A stretch of DNA of 64,000 nt from a virus (Duplodnaviria; Caudoviricetes), in IMG/VR virus record IMGVR_UViG_3300021400_000049, positions 1-64,000 of that record; one strand, 5' to 3'. Positions 1 to 9,424 of the stretch are shown here, one piece after another. Position 1 is the stretch's first letter. Every line of letters begins with the position of its first letter. The notes beneath the pieces were generated by a model. That model was not told where the DNA came from and ran no database searches. It saw nothing but the letters and a program-made list of their open reading frames with translations. The translations under genes and the position numbers were made by a program.

Positions 1-2
1 CC

Positions 3-275
3 TTTAGAAAATGGGGAAAAATTTGTACAGTATCATTCACAGGTGCTTTTAATGCCGATTTTGCTTATGATGTACCATTTTTAAATATTCCAAGCGGTTT
101 TGCACCTAAAGTTAATTGTCAGATGTTATCAACTAACAAGCTATCTTCAGTGCAAGATAGAATAGTATTGAATATTGGATATAATGGCACAATAAATGTT
201 GCAGGGCAAAACGTAGCAAGTGGTGATGCACTTAGAGGTTCATTCACTTATATAAATAACAGCGTAAACGAGTAA
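3..275 (+). CDS. Tail fibre / receptor-binding protein C-terminus (5'-partial)
   Basis: Open frame from window edge FRKWGKICTVSF...NIPSGFAP...RGSFTYINNSVNE*, beta-rich tail-fibre-like end, just upstream of lysis genes. Confidence 0.6.
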   Translation, partial: FRKWGKICTVSFTGAFNADFAYDVPFLNIPSGFAPKVNCQMLSTNKLSSVQDRIVLNIGYNGTINVAGQNVASGDALRGSFTYINNSVNE

Positions 276-300
276 AACAAAAGAAAGAGAGGAAAAACAA

Positions 301-546
301 ATGAATTATCTTATCGAAGTAACAAACTACAATGATGGTACAGCAGAGGCAAAGGGCATTTATCCCTATGCCACAGAAAATGAAGCTATTGCAAACTTCC
401 ATTCAAAGATGGGTGGTGCTATGAAGAATGAGAAGTACGCAAGTGAGCTTCTTATGGTAGTAACCAACACAGGCGCAGTTATCAAGAGCGAGTATTGGGT
501 TAGACCTATTGAGGTTGAGGAAGAGCCGACAACAGATGGTGAGTAA
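301..546 (+). CDS. Small tail-associated hypothetical protein
   Basis: 81 aa ORF, GAGAGG RBS, acidic C-terminus. Confidence 0.6.
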   Translation: MNYLIEVTNYNDGTAEAKGIYPYATENEAIANFHSKMGGAMKNEKYASELLMVVTNTGAVIKSEYWVRPIEVEEEPTTDGE

Positions 547-553
547 TCTCCAT

Positions 554-581
554 TTGACCTAACAATTGAATAAGTTATAAT
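554..581 (+). promoter_or_regulatory. sigma70-type promoter
   Basis: TTGACC-N16-TATAAT. Confidence 0.7.
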
Positions 582-584
582 AAA

Positions 585-677
585 TATACGCACCTAGTCA
601 GACGTGACGAAAGCATACAATCGCTAGTATGTTGGTGCGTATAACAATTTTAGCGAGTTTACGAAAGCGAGGTAAAC
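585..677 (+). ncRNA. Structured 5' leader RNA (three-way junction plus possible pseudoknot), unclassified
   Basis: TATACGCACC/GGTGCGTATA stem enclosing GTCA/TGAC and GCATAC/GTATGT hairpins; loop TCGCTA (621-626) complements TAGCGA (651-656); GTTTAC/GTAAAC hairpin covers the RBS. Confidence 0.55.
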
Positions 678-680
678 AGT

Positions 681-884
681 ATGCTTAAAGCAAAATCATT
701 AGAAGAGTTATACAATGCAGATATTTTTACTCAGAGGGCACAAGGAATAGAGAACATTCCCAAAAATTCAGAAATCGAAGTTGAAGAAAATCTATGTAGA
801 AATCTATATGGATTATGGGCAAAAGTTTATTACAAGGGTAATCTGTATTATGTAGACCCATCTAAAATACAGTTAGTTCGTTAA
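681..884 (+). CDS. Hypothetical 67-aa protein
   Basis: ORF with GAGG RBS behind its own promoter. Confidence 0.6.
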   Translation: MLKAKSLEELYNADIFTQRAQGIENIPKNSEIEVEENLCRNLYGLWAKVYYKGNLYYVDPSKIQLVR

Positions 885-951
885 AGGTTACATTTTACGA
901 ACCTACACCAGAGACTGAGTCAGAGGAATAATTCACAATAGATTTATTCAG

Positions 952-984
952 TGAAAAAGAGGAATATTAAATATTCCTCTTTCA
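952..984. terminator. Intrinsic (possibly bidirectional) terminator
   Basis: AAAGAGGAATAT/ATATTCCTCTTT inverted repeat. Confidence 0.6.
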
Positions 985-1129
985 TTTTCTTATAATCATG
1001 TTATAGTATGTTTAAGCAGTTGTGCAACTAGCTTATTTGCCCCATTTATCCAAATAAATAGTGTAAGTATTCTTCTTATGTTATAATTTAGTTGAGATAT
1101 TTACTAAAGACAGATTGTAGAGGAATAAT

Positions 1130-1486
1130 ATGCTAAATCAGTTTTCAGAAATTTTAAAACTTCTATTACAGATAGCTAATATCACAATCATTGGATATGG
1201 TCTGTATAAATTTCTGAATAAACCTCATGACACTTTGGAAGAGCAGGTCAGAGCTATTGAAAAGAGAGTAGATAAAAATGATTTGAAATTGCTCGAAATT
1301 GAAAAATCCTTAGATTCTAGCCATGAGAAGCATAGAAACCAGAAGGAAATCAACACAGTATTCATTAACTGTATGTTGGCTTTTATTGATTTTGAAATAG
1401 CCTTTTGCCAACATACAAATTATGAGCATACAGAAGATTTAGCAAAAGCTAAACAGACTTTGCAGGAATATCTATCTAATAAATGA
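1130..1486 (+). CDS. Membrane-anchored coiled-coil protein of lysis module
   Basis: N-terminal TM helix plus coiled coil; upstream of holin/endolysin. Confidence 0.6.
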   Translation: MLNQFSEILKLLLQIANITIIGYGLYKFLNKPHDTLEEQVRAIEKRVDKNDLKLLEIEKSLDSSHEKHRNQKEINTVFINCMLAFIDFEIAFCQHTNYEHTEDLAKAKQTLQEYLSNK

Positions 1487-1713
1487 GGAAAATTATGAAG
1501 AAAAAGTTATCTGTATTAGATAAATATTGTATATTTTCTTTTGTTTGTTTATTGATATTCACTGTAATGGTAAGTATATTTCAATTTATTTATCCTGATT
1601 ATATATTTAGTGATACGCTTATAACCGCTTTCTTTAGTGCATTTGGTGGTGAGTTGCTTCTTTGCGCCATGATAAAAAGATTAAAATTAAAGAGGAGTAA
1701 TACAGATGAGTGA
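1483..1713 (+). CDS. Two-TM membrane protein (holin-like)
   Basis: Two hydrophobic helices, basic C-terminus. Confidence 0.55.
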   Translation: MRKIMKKKLSVLDKYCIFSFVCLLIFTVMVSIFQFIYPDYIFSDTLITAFFSAFGGELLLCAMIKRLKLKRSNTDE

Positions 1714-2023
1714 TGTAACATTTTATGTACTACAACTTATTGTTTGTGTGTCCATCGTCATAATTATGCGATATGTTATTCCCTATCTTCGCATTAAACT
1801 TCTCAAAGTAACTGATGATAGCATATTTAGTGAAGTTATTAAGGCAGTAAAGTCTGTTCAGCAGGATCCTATTTTTAAAGAGAGCTTAGGCTCTGTAAAG
1901 AAAGAAGAAGTTATTATAAGAATTACTGCATGGGCAAACTCTTGTGGCATAAAGATTTCACAAAAGCAATTATCTCAACTTATTGAAACCGCAGTATACA
2001 TGATGAAGAATGAGGATAAATAA
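1706..2023 (+). CDS. Holin (LL-H-like)
   Basis: N-terminal TM; KKEEVI...QLSQLIETAVYMM pattern; directly upstream of endolysin. Confidence 0.65.
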   Translation: MSDVTFYVLQLIVCVSIVIIMRYVIPYLRIKLLKVTDDSIFSEVIKAVKSVQQDPIFKESLGSVKKEEVIIRITAWANSCGIKISQKQLSQLIETAVYMMKNEDK

Positions 2024-2025
2024 GC

Positions 2026-2655
2026 ATGGCAAGTTCAGCTCAGGCTAAAGAGTTTATTCAAAGAATTGCTCCTATAATACAGGATGAGGCCATAAAGAGA
2101 GGTTATAAAGTATGCTCACCTATTATAGCACAAGCCTGTATTGAAAGTGGATTTGATACTTCCTTACTTGCGTATAAATTCCACAATTATTTCGGTATGA
2201 AATGTGGAAGTTCTTGGAAAGGTAAATCTGTAAATCTCAAAACAAAAGAAGAGTATACCACAGGAACTCTGACAATCATACGAGATAATTTTAGAGCATA
2301 TAATAGTATGGAAGAAGGTGTAAAAGGTTACTTTGATTTTATATCGACAAAAAGATATAGTAATCTTAAATCTGCCGATTCTCCTGAAGTTTATTTGCAA
2401 AGAATTAAAGCTGATGGCTATGCAACCTCAAGTAGATATGTACAAACAAATATGAACTGTATTAAAAAATATAATCTTACAGATTGGGATCCTCACTACA
2501 TTGCTGATTTAAAATCAATGGATGAAATTGCTAGAGAAGTTTTAGATGGAAAATGGGGTAATGGAGCAATTAGAAAACAAATGCTTAGGTCAGCAGGTTA
2601 TAATCCTGCAATGGTACAAGCTAAAGTCAATGATATTTTAAAGAAAGGAAATTAA
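2026..2655 (+). CDS. Endolysin: GH73 glucosaminidase plus CW_7 (Cpl-7) binding repeat
   Basis: IAQACIESG, HNYFGMK, GYATSSRY motifs; C-terminal MDEIAREVLDGKWGNG..RKQML..AGY. Confidence 0.9.
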   Translation: MASSAQAKEFIQRIAPIIQDEAIKRGYKVCSPIIAQACIESGFDTSLLAYKFHNYFGMKCGSSWKGKSVNLKTKEEYTTGTLTIIRDNFRAYNSMEEGVKGYFDFISTKRYSNLKSADSPEVYLQRIKADGYATSSRYVQTNMNCIKKYNLTDWDPHYIADLKSMDEIAREVLDGKWGNGAIRKQMLRSAGYNPAMVQAKVNDILKKGN

Positions 2656-2659
2656 CCCC

Positions 2660-2935
2660 ATGGAAGATGAGAAGAAAGAAAAAGTCTCATACTTTGTGTT
2701 GGAAGGAATAACTACACACTTCTCTTTAATAATTAAACGACTAATTCTACTTTGCATTGTTATTTTAATCGCATGGCTAATTACTATTGGTGGTTTTCTC
2801 TGGTATATCAGTTTACCCGTTGATGAGTATTCGACTGTTACAGTAGACAGTGAGGATGGTAATGCAAATTACATCGGGAATGATATGAAAGGAGATATAA
2901 ATAACTATGGCGAGAGCGAGAGTAATAGTAAATAA
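2660..2935 (+). CDS. Single-pass membrane protein
   Basis: One long TM helix. Confidence 0.6.
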   Translation: MEDEKKEKVSYFVLEGITTHFSLIIKRLILLCIVILIAWLITIGGFLWYISLPVDEYSTVTVDSEDGNANYIGNDMKGDINNYGESESNSK

Positions 2936-2968
2936 ATATACAAGACGAGCATCAAGAAGGCGTAAGAA

Positions 2969-3181
2969 ATGAAACTGGATGATATGGACAACTATGAAAT
3001 TGCAGAAGCAATAGATAGGTATGTTCGTGGTGAACGAGCAAGATCCATATTAAAGCGTAGGTTAATTGATGAGATATGCTATGAACCTTTAGCTGAGGAA
3101 TTTGATATATCTGTATCTCAGCTAAAGAGAATATTAGCAAAATCTCAGGAGCAGTTATTCAAAAATTTGGAGAGGAGATAA
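2969..3181 (+). CDS. Small HTH protein (sigma region 4-like)
   Basis: CYEPLAEEFDISVSQLKRIL helix-turn-helix pattern. Confidence 0.55.
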   Translation: MKLDDMDNYEIAEAIDRYVRGERARSILKRRLIDEICYEPLAEEFDISVSQLKRILAKSQEQLFKNLERR

Positions 3182-3184
3182 GCT

Positions 3185-3382
3185 ATGCTACTTAGTGATT
3201 TTTTATCAGCTTTAAAAACTGAGGGAGTAAAAGTTACATTGATTGATGAAGATGGTAAAGAGATGATAAAATTCTTCTCTGAGGGTTACATCAATGTCGA
3301 ATCTGATATTTTAGCTAGGACAATTAAGAAGTTTGAGATAACTTCTGCCACATCAATTTCAGTAGTTATCAACAACGTTTAA
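3185..3382 (+). CDS. Hypothetical protein
   Basis: 65 aa ORF with GGAG RBS. Confidence 0.5.
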   Translation: MLLSDFLSALKTEGVKVTLIDEDGKEMIKFFSEGYINVESDILARTIKKFEITSATSISVVINNV

Positions 3383-3418
3383 TTGAACCGTTATTGAATT
3401 GAAAAATGACTCATATTT

Positions 3419-3455
3419 GAGCTATCCACGAACTCGTGGATAGCTCTTTCTTTTT
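3419..3455 (+). terminator. Intrinsic terminator
   Basis: GAGCTATCCACG/CGTGGATAGCTC stem plus T tract. Confidence 0.8.
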
Positions 3456-3468
3456 CTATCATTTATGT

Positions 3469-3849
3469 ATGTCATACATAAATTTTAATCCCAATCCCGA
3501 CAAAAAGAATATTGGTGACTGTGTTGTAAGGGCAATATGTGCGGCTACTGAATGTGACTGGGAATCTGCATATATAAAGATTGTACTCAGAGGTTTTATC
3601 TTGCATGATATGCCATCTTCTGATGATGTATGGGGCGCTCAGTTATATAGTGAAGGTTTTATAAGAGAAATTATTCCTAATTCTTGCCCTTACTGCTACA
3701 CAGTTAAAGACTTCTGTAGCGAACATCCTGAAGGAGTATATGTTTTAGGAACTGGTACTCATGCAGTCGCAGTAATAAACGGTGATTACTACGATGCATG
3801 GGATAGCGGAGATAAAGTACCACTATTTTATTGGCGAAAGGAGAAATAG
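3469..3849 (+). CDS. Putative Cys-His-Asp (papain-like) protein; possibly leaderless
   Basis: GDCVVRAI...THAVAVING.YYDAWDSG; ATG 6 nt after TATCAT, no SD. Confidence 0.55.
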   Translation: MSYINFNPNPDKKNIGDCVVRAICAATECDWESAYIKIVLRGFILHDMPSSDDVWGAQLYSEGFIREIIPNSCPYCYTVKDFCSEHPEGVYVLGTGTHAVAVINGDYYDAWDSGDKVPLFYWRKEK

Positions 3850-3851
3850 AT

Positions 3852-4310
3852 ATGCCATATTTTAACAACAATCCATATCAACAGAGCTACAACAATCCAT
3901 ATCAGCAAAATTACACACAAAATCAACAGAGTTATGCACAAAATAGCTACACTCCACCTCAGATGAGTATGGCACAGCCATCACAATCATCAACAATCAA
4001 CTGGGTTCAGGGTGATGTAGGAGCAAGAGCTTACCCAATTCAGCCAGGTATGTCTGTATTATTGATGGACTCAGAAGGTCAGAACTTCTACATTAAATCA
4101 GCAGATACTATGGGTATGCCTTCACTTAAAAAGTACGCTTATTCAGAAGTAGTCGAAGAACCTATGCGTTTAGAATCACATGAAGCTAAACAGATTGACA
4201 CCGCATTTACGGCTACAAGAGAAGAAGTTAAACAGATGCAGGAAGAAATTAAGCACCTTAAAGAGCAGATAGCACAGATGGAAAAATCAGGAGTGAAGAA
4301 AAATGGCTAA
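3852..4310 (+). CDS. Gln/Asn/Tyr-rich hypothetical protein
   Basis: Low-complexity NPYQQ N-terminus, C-terminal coiled coil. Confidence 0.7.
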   Translation: MPYFNNNPYQQSYNNPYQQNYTQNQQSYAQNSYTPPQMSMAQPSQSSTINWVQGDVGARAYPIQPGMSVLLMDSEGQNFYIKSADTMGMPSLKKYAYSEVVEEPMRLESHEAKQIDTAFTATREEVKQMQEEIKHLKEQIAQMEKSGVKKNG

Positions 4311-4569
4311 TGCTGTTTATGAACAACTGAATGGAAATCAAACGAACGGAAATCAAACGCAAAATAATACGTCTGATTTTCAATCACAGTTTCAGCTATT
4401 CAGACAAAATCCTATTCAGTTTATGGCTCAGAGAAATCTTAATATACCCGCAGAGTATCAGAGTGATCCTCATTCTGCCGTAAACTATTTGATACAGAGT
4501 GGCAGAATGAATAGTGGAGCTATGCAGAGAGTAATGGGAACATTACAGAGAATGGGATTTAGGTTCTAA
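4303..4569 (+). CDS. Gln-rich hypothetical protein
   Basis: 88 aa ORF overlapping previous stop. Confidence 0.65.
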   Translation: MANAVYEQLNGNQTNGNQTQNNTSDFQSQFQLFRQNPIQFMAQRNLNIPAEYQSDPHSAVNYLIQSGRMNSGAMQRVMGTLQRMGFRF

Positions 4570-4716
4570 AAAATGTAAATGAATTAAACTTTTTGCTCAC
4601 AAAAAATGTAATTCATTCTCAAACATCGTTCATAAAAGTGTGTTTTTAGAAATGAATTTAACTTAGGTTTCAATCCTTGCAAGGGAAACTATATATCTTT
4701 TAGAAAGGAGAATACT

Positions 4717-5640
4717 ATGGACAACGGTACTAATATGTATATGCCAGTAGCTCCAGCATATGGTTATGGAAACAACAGTGGTTTCGGTAATGGTATGTGG
4801 GGAGATGGCTGGTGGGTTATCTTATTCCTCTTTGCTCTTATGGGCAATGGTTTTGGAGGATGGGGAGGATTTGGTGGAGCAGGAAATGCTCAGCTTAGTT
4901 ATGACTTCCCTTGGCTTATGAATGGCCAGAATGGCATAAACAACAATGTCAATGATGGCTTCCGTGATGCACAGTTAGCTTCTCAGCTTTCAGGTATTCA
5001 GAGCGCAGTTACAAGTGGCTTTGGCGACACTGCTCTCGGAATAGCAGGCATCAATCAGAACATCTGTCAGACAGGTAATGCTATTACAGGCACTATTACT
5101 AATAGCTTTGCTAATGCAGAAACTGCCGCTAACGCTAGACAGATTGCTAATCTCCAGCAGGCATTTAATTCACAGACTGCTATTACAGGTGGTCTTACAA
5201 ACCTCTCATCTCAGTTTGCTAACTGTTGTTGCGAGAATCGCCTTGCTACTTGCCAGACTCAGAACATCATTCAGAATGAAGGTAATCAGACAAGATTTGC
5301 TGACGCAAACAATACAAGGGATATTATTCAGAGTCAGACAAATGGCACACAGGCGATTCTTGATAAACTCTGCCAGCTTGAACTTGATGGTGTTAAAGCA
5401 CAGGTTGAAGCTAAGAATGATAGAATTGCAGAGCTTACAACCGCTCTTAATATGGCAACTCTCAGAGAATCACAGACTGCTCAGAACGCTTTCATTTCAC
5501 AGGGCTTTGCTAATGAGGTAGACCAGCTTTACAACAGACTCAACAACTGTCCTGTTCCTTCAACTCCTGTTTACGGTCGCACCCCTATCTTCACTTGCAA
5601 TCAGAACATGGGATGTGGATGTGCTTGTGGCATGTCATAA
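4717..5640 (+). CDS. Gly-rich membrane/coiled-coil protein with Cys clusters (spore-coat-like)
   Basis: GWW..LFLFALMG.GFGGWGG, CCCEN, terminal CGCACG; AAAGGAG RBS. Confidence 0.65.
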   Translation: MDNGTNMYMPVAPAYGYGNNSGFGNGMWGDGWWVILFLFALMGNGFGGWGGFGGAGNAQLSYDFPWLMNGQNGINNNVNDGFRDAQLASQLSGIQSAVTSGFGDTALGIAGINQNICQTGNAITGTITNSFANAETAANARQIANLQQAFNSQTAITGGLTNLSSQFANCCCENRLATCQTQNIIQNEGNQTRFADANNTRDIIQSQTNGTQAILDKLCQLELDGVKAQVEAKNDRIAELTTALNMATLRESQTAQNAFISQGFANEVDQLYNRLNNCPVPSTPVYGRTPIFTCNQNMGCGCACGMS

Positions 5641-5654
5641 AGTGAGGTGATACT

Positions 5655-6110
5655 ATGGCAGAGTTTACCTATAATCCTGTTCAGTTAGTAAATCCTAATC
5701 AGCCTGTGATTCTGAACAATAGCATATCATGTAACAAGGGATATGTGCTTCACAGAAATGAATCAGGAATTGTAACTCTCAGAGGTATTGTAAATAGTCC
5801 TTACACTTGTTTCGCACGTTATCAGATTACATTTAATGGAAACATAGCGGTGCCAGAAGGTACTGCACCTGGACCTATTGCAATAGCACTCACTCTAGGT
5901 GGTGAACCTATACTCACTAGTAGAGCAATAGTTACTCCTGCAGCCGCTGATGAATACTTTAATGTAACCTCAACTGCAATCATTACTGTGCCTAGAGGAT
6001 GTTGCTTTAATGTTTCAGTAGATAATGTGACTGAGCCTATTGACTCTACAACACCAGCTATTCAGATAAATGTTCAGAACGCTAACCTTACAGTTAGCCG
6101 CATAGCATGA
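5655..6110 (+). CDS. Beta-sandwich protein (BclA C-terminal/C1q-like, tentative)
   Basis: All-beta pattern, YQITFNGNIAVP, NANLTVSRIA end. Confidence 0.5.
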   Translation: MAEFTYNPVQLVNPNQPVILNNSISCNKGYVLHRNESGIVTLRGIVNSPYTCFARYQITFNGNIAVPEGTAPGPIAIALTLGGEPILTSRAIVTPAAADEYFNVTSTAIITVPRGCCFNVSVDNVTEPIDSTTPAIQINVQNANLTVSRIA

Positions 6111-6124
6111 GAAAGGAGGATAGT

Positions 6125-6547
6125 ATGTCAAAGAAATTAGAAAGCCTCCGTGATACACTTTGCGGAGAACTTGAAAAGGTAGCTAAGAAAGAAGAAATAA
6201 ATCTGAGTGACCTTGATGTTATAGACAAACTCACACACTCCATTAAAAATCTTGATAAAGTAATGCTCGGTAATGAGATGATAGAGCAGTACGGCTATGA
6301 CTTTCCTAGTTATAGCGGAGCTAGAAGAGGAAGAGATGGAGATAGTGACGGGAGATATAACGAAGGAAATAGACGAGGTAGAAGTCGTGACAGTTACGAC
6401 TCCAGCTACGACTCATACGGAAGAAGCTATAACGATGGAAGAAGCTACGAAAGAGATTATTCCAGAGAAAGAGGTTATAGTGGACACGAACACTCAGACA
6501 TTGACCGCTTTAAACACATGATGCAAGACGCAGTAAATCAGCTATAA
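6125..6547 (+). CDS. Hypothetical protein with Arg/Ser/Tyr/Asp low-complexity tract
   Basis: AAAGGAGG RBS; RSYNDGRSYERDYSR repeats. Confidence 0.65.
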   Translation: MSKKLESLRDTLCGELEKVAKKEEINLSDLDVIDKLTHSIKNLDKVMLGNEMIEQYGYDFPSYSGARRGRDGDSDGRYNEGNRRGRSRDSYDSSYDSYGRSYNDGRSYERDYSRERGYSGHEHSDIDRFKHMMQDAVNQL

Positions 6548-6577
6548 CTAAAGTACACCTATATCTTATTCTTTTTT

Positions 6578-6606
6578 GAGCCAGCTAGAAATAGCTGGCT
6601 CTTTCT
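6578..6606 (+). terminator. Intrinsic terminator
   Basis: GAGCCAGCTA/TAGCTGGCTC plus T-rich tail. Confidence 0.8.
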
Positions 6607-6615
6607 ATTGCAGAT

Positions 6616-6644
6616 TTGACAAGCACTTAAATATGTTATAGAAT
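6616..6644 (+). promoter_or_regulatory. sigma70-type promoter
   Basis: TTGACA-N17-TAGAAT. Confidence 0.8.
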
Positions 6645-6672
6645 GTTTAGCAGAAAGTGAGATATAATATTT

Positions 6673-8364
6673 ATGATTACAGTAAGAATTAAAAAATCTA
6701 AGTTTATGCCCGAAGATTATTCAGCGTATCTCTCTTTCCCATTCAATCAAGATGTAATTGATGCGATAAAAGAATTGAGGTATAGAAGCTGGATAAAAGG
6801 GTCAAAAGAGTGGGAGATACGAATAGAAGATTTACCATTCATGTTCAAAAGATTTCCTAACCATGACTTTGATATTAGTGGTAGATATGTTGAACTTAAT
6901 CCCTCACTTAATTTCAGTCTTGATGATTATAAGTTTAAGACTAAGTGCTTTAAGCATCAGGAAGAAGGATTTAAGTATGGAATGATGCATGAAAGATGGT
7001 TACTAGGTGATGACCAAGGGTTAGGTAAAACTAAGCAAGTTATTGATATTGCAGTAGCCAAAAAGCAGTTTTATAATTTCTCGCATTGTCTTATAGTGTG
7101 CGGAGTAAACGGATTAAAATGGAACTGGCAAAATGAGATTGCAAAACATTCTAATGAGAAAGGTTATATATTAGGTCAGAGAGTCAGAAAAAGAACAGGT
7201 GAAATGTATATAGGAAGTACAAAAGATAAATTATACGATTTAGAGCACCTGGATGAGATTGATGATTACTTTCTTATTACTAATGTAGAAACGATAAGAA
7301 ATGACGATATACTAGACTGGATTGTTAAATGGCTACATTCTGAAAGTAGTTGCAAGATAAATATGATAGCGGCAGATGAAGTACATAAAATGAAAAATCC
7401 TTCATCTCAACAAGGTCATAATTTTATCAAACTAGATGCAGATGTAAGAATAGCTCTTACAGGTACACCTCTTATGAACTCGCCACTTGATTTATATATC
7501 ATTCTTAGATGGTTAGGATATGAAAAACACGCATTTTATACATTTAAGAATTATTATGCAGTATTTGGTGGATATGGGGGATATGAAATAGTAGGCTATA
7601 AACATTTAGATGAGTTAGAAGAACAACTGCAATCTATAATGTTGAGGCGACTCAAAAAGAATGTTTTAGATTTACCAGAAAAGACATATATAGATGAATA
7701 TGTTGATATGACTGCAAAGCAGGCAATCATCTATAAGGAGATTAAAGCTGAGATTAAATCTAATATAGATATGATTTCTGTTTCACCTAATCCTCTTGCA
7801 GAAATGATAAGACTAAGACAAGCTACTGGATATACAGGTATCTTATCGAGTCAAGTACAAGAGAGCGCAAAGTTAGACAGAATGGAAGAACTCATATCTG
7901 ATGCAATAAGTAATGGTCAGCAAGTAGTAGTATTCTCTAACTGGTCACAGATAACAAATGAAGCATACAATAGGCTATCACAGAATTATAGATTAGGCAT
8001 TATAACAGGAGATACACCTGATAATCTCAGACAAGACGTAGTAAATAATTTTCAGAGTGGCACTACAGATGTGATTATTGGTACTACTGGTGCCATGGGT
8101 ACAGGACTCACATTGACTGCGGGCTCAGTAATAATCATGCTTGATGAGCCATGGAGCATGGCTTTAAGAGAACAAGCAGTAGATAGGTGTCACAGAATTG
8201 GTCAGAATAGTAATGTCACTATATACACCATTATGTGTAAAAACACTATAGATGAAAAGATACATAAGCTCGTTTATGAAAAAGGTGAACTAAGTGATTC
8301 CATTGTAGATGGTAAAATAGTTGGCATGAATAAACGAGAGTTAGTAGATTATCTTTTAGACTAA
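6673..8364 (+). CDS. SNF2-family (HARP-like) helicase
   Basis: DDQGLGKT, DEVH, TGTP, QAVDRCHRIGQ motifs; N-terminal HARP-like domain. Confidence 0.9.
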   Translation: MITVRIKKSKFMPEDYSAYLSFPFNQDVIDAIKELRYRSWIKGSKEWEIRIEDLPFMFKRFPNHDFDISGRYVELNPSLNFSLDDYKFKTKCFKHQEEGFKYGMMHERWLLGDDQGLGKTKQVIDIAVAKKQFYNFSHCLIVCGVNGLKWNWQNEIAKHSNEKGYILGQRVRKRTGEMYIGSTKDKLYDLEHLDEIDDYFLITNVETIRNDDILDWIVKWLHSESSCKINMIAADEVHKMKNPSSQQGHNFIKLDADVRIALTGTPLMNSPLDLYIILRWLGYEKHAFYTFKNYYAVFGGYGGYEIVGYKHLDELEEQLQSIMLRRLKKNVLDLPEKTYIDEYVDMTAKQAIIYKEIKAEIKSNIDMISVSPNPLAEMIRLRQATGYTGILSSQVQESAKLDRMEELISDAISNGQQVVVFSNWSQITNEAYNRLSQNYRLGIITGDTPDNLRQDVVNNFQSGTTDVIIGTTGAMGTGLTLTAGSVIIMLDEPWSMALREQAVDRCHRIGQNSNVTIYTIMCKNTIDEKIHKLVYEKGELSDSIVDGKIVGMNKRELVDYLLD

Positions 8365-8374
8365 AGGAGGTATT

Positions 8375-8638
8375 ATGGAAGGATATATCAAAATCGAAGA
8401 ACTTGCTATGCGCATTGATTCTTCCACACAGACAATTAACAACTGGTATAAGTGGAAGAGAGAGAACCCAGATAATGAGCTTGCATCTCTGTTACCTGAA
8501 TATATTCAAGAGGGTAACAGACAGACAAGATATTGGAATGTAAAAGATATATGGAAGTTCATTGAATTTAAAACCGCGATTGTTCATGGAAGAAATGGAA
8601 TAATGGGACAGTTTCGCAGAAAGAAGGAGAAAACATGA
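8375..8638 (+). CDS. Winged-HTH (MerR/Xis-like) DNA-binding protein
   Basis: IKIEELAMRIDSSTQTINNWY...RYWN. Confidence 0.55.
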   Translation: MEGYIKIEELAMRIDSSTQTINNWYKWKRENPDNELASLLPEYIQEGNRQTRYWNVKDIWKFIEFKTAIVHGRNGIMGQFRRKKEKT

Positions 8639-9075
8639 GAAAGAATTTTTTAGACACAGATACACCCGTAAAGCAAAATTTAGTGCCTTCCTCAGCGTTG
8701 GAGAAATTAGTTGAAAGTTATATCGTCAACAAAAGAAATGAAGAGGATTTCAAGAAACAGGCGTCAGCAGAGAATACTCAGATTAAGGAACTCATGCATG
8801 AGTATAACCTTACAGAAGTAGCTACTTCATTAGGAACTGCAAAGATTACAGAGCAGGAAAAAGTCACATTCATAGAAGATAAACTTATCGAGTTTCTTAA
8901 ATCTAACAATATTGCTGATAATATTGTTAAGACAAAAGAATATGTGGATTTTGATGCACTTGAATCAGCCATATATCATGGAAAAATATCTGATGAGTTA
9001 GTACAGTCTATGTCAGATTGTCAGGAGAAGAAGGTAACAACTGTTCTTAGAATATCTAAGAAGAAAGGAGAATAA
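8635..9075 (+). CDS. Hypothetical phage protein
   Basis: 146 aa ORF with RBS, ATGA coupling. Confidence 0.6.
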   Translation: MRKNFLDTDTPVKQNLVPSSALEKLVESYIVNKRNEEDFKKQASAENTQIKELMHEYNLTEVATSLGTAKITEQEKVTFIEDKLIEFLKSNNIADNIVKTKEYVDFDALESAIYHGKISDELVQSMSDCQEKKVTTVLRISKKKGE

Positions 9076-9076
9076 T

Positions 9077-9181
9077 TTGACAGTAGATCCTTTTGTAGCA
9101 GGAGTATTTTGTACTCTATTTTGTGAGATGGCAATAATAGTTATATTTGCAATATTAACATCATTCGGAGGTAAAAAATGA
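9077..9181 (+). CDS. 34-aa membrane peptide (not in ORF track)
   Basis: AAAGGAG RBS, TTG start, LTVDPFVAGVFCTLFCEMAIIVIFAILTSFGGKK. Confidence 0.5.
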   Translation: MTVDPFVAGVFCTLFCEMAIIVIFAILTSFGGKK

Positions 9182-9414
9182 GTAATGAAAATTATGTGGT
9201 TCGTGCAGTTCCCACTGAAATTACTGCTACTTCTCGTAGTGCTATACGTATTAAAGAAAATTATTATACCATTGAGGTGTCTGAAAAAAGAACTATCAAT
9301 GCAAATGATTTAGACGGCATAGATATGGACAAAGAATATGAAGCACTATTTAACGAGGTAAATGATGTTGTCGATAAACAGTGTGAGTCTATAGTAAAGA
9401 CCTTTGCTAAGTAA
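9178..9414 (+). CDS. Hypothetical protein
   Basis: 78 aa ORF with GGAGG RBS. Confidence 0.6.
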   Translation: MSNENYVVRAVPTEITATSRSAIRIKENYYTIEVSEKRTINANDLDGIDMDKEYEALFNEVNDVVDKQCESIVKTFAK

Positions 9415-9424
9415 GAAGTTCCTA

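Noticed and set aside
1-300. Diversity-generating retroelement target in the tail fibre
   Set aside because: No reverse transcriptase or template repeat in the window
585-643. Hammerhead ribozyme
   Set aside because: GAAA is present but the core reads CTAGTCA rather than CTGANGA
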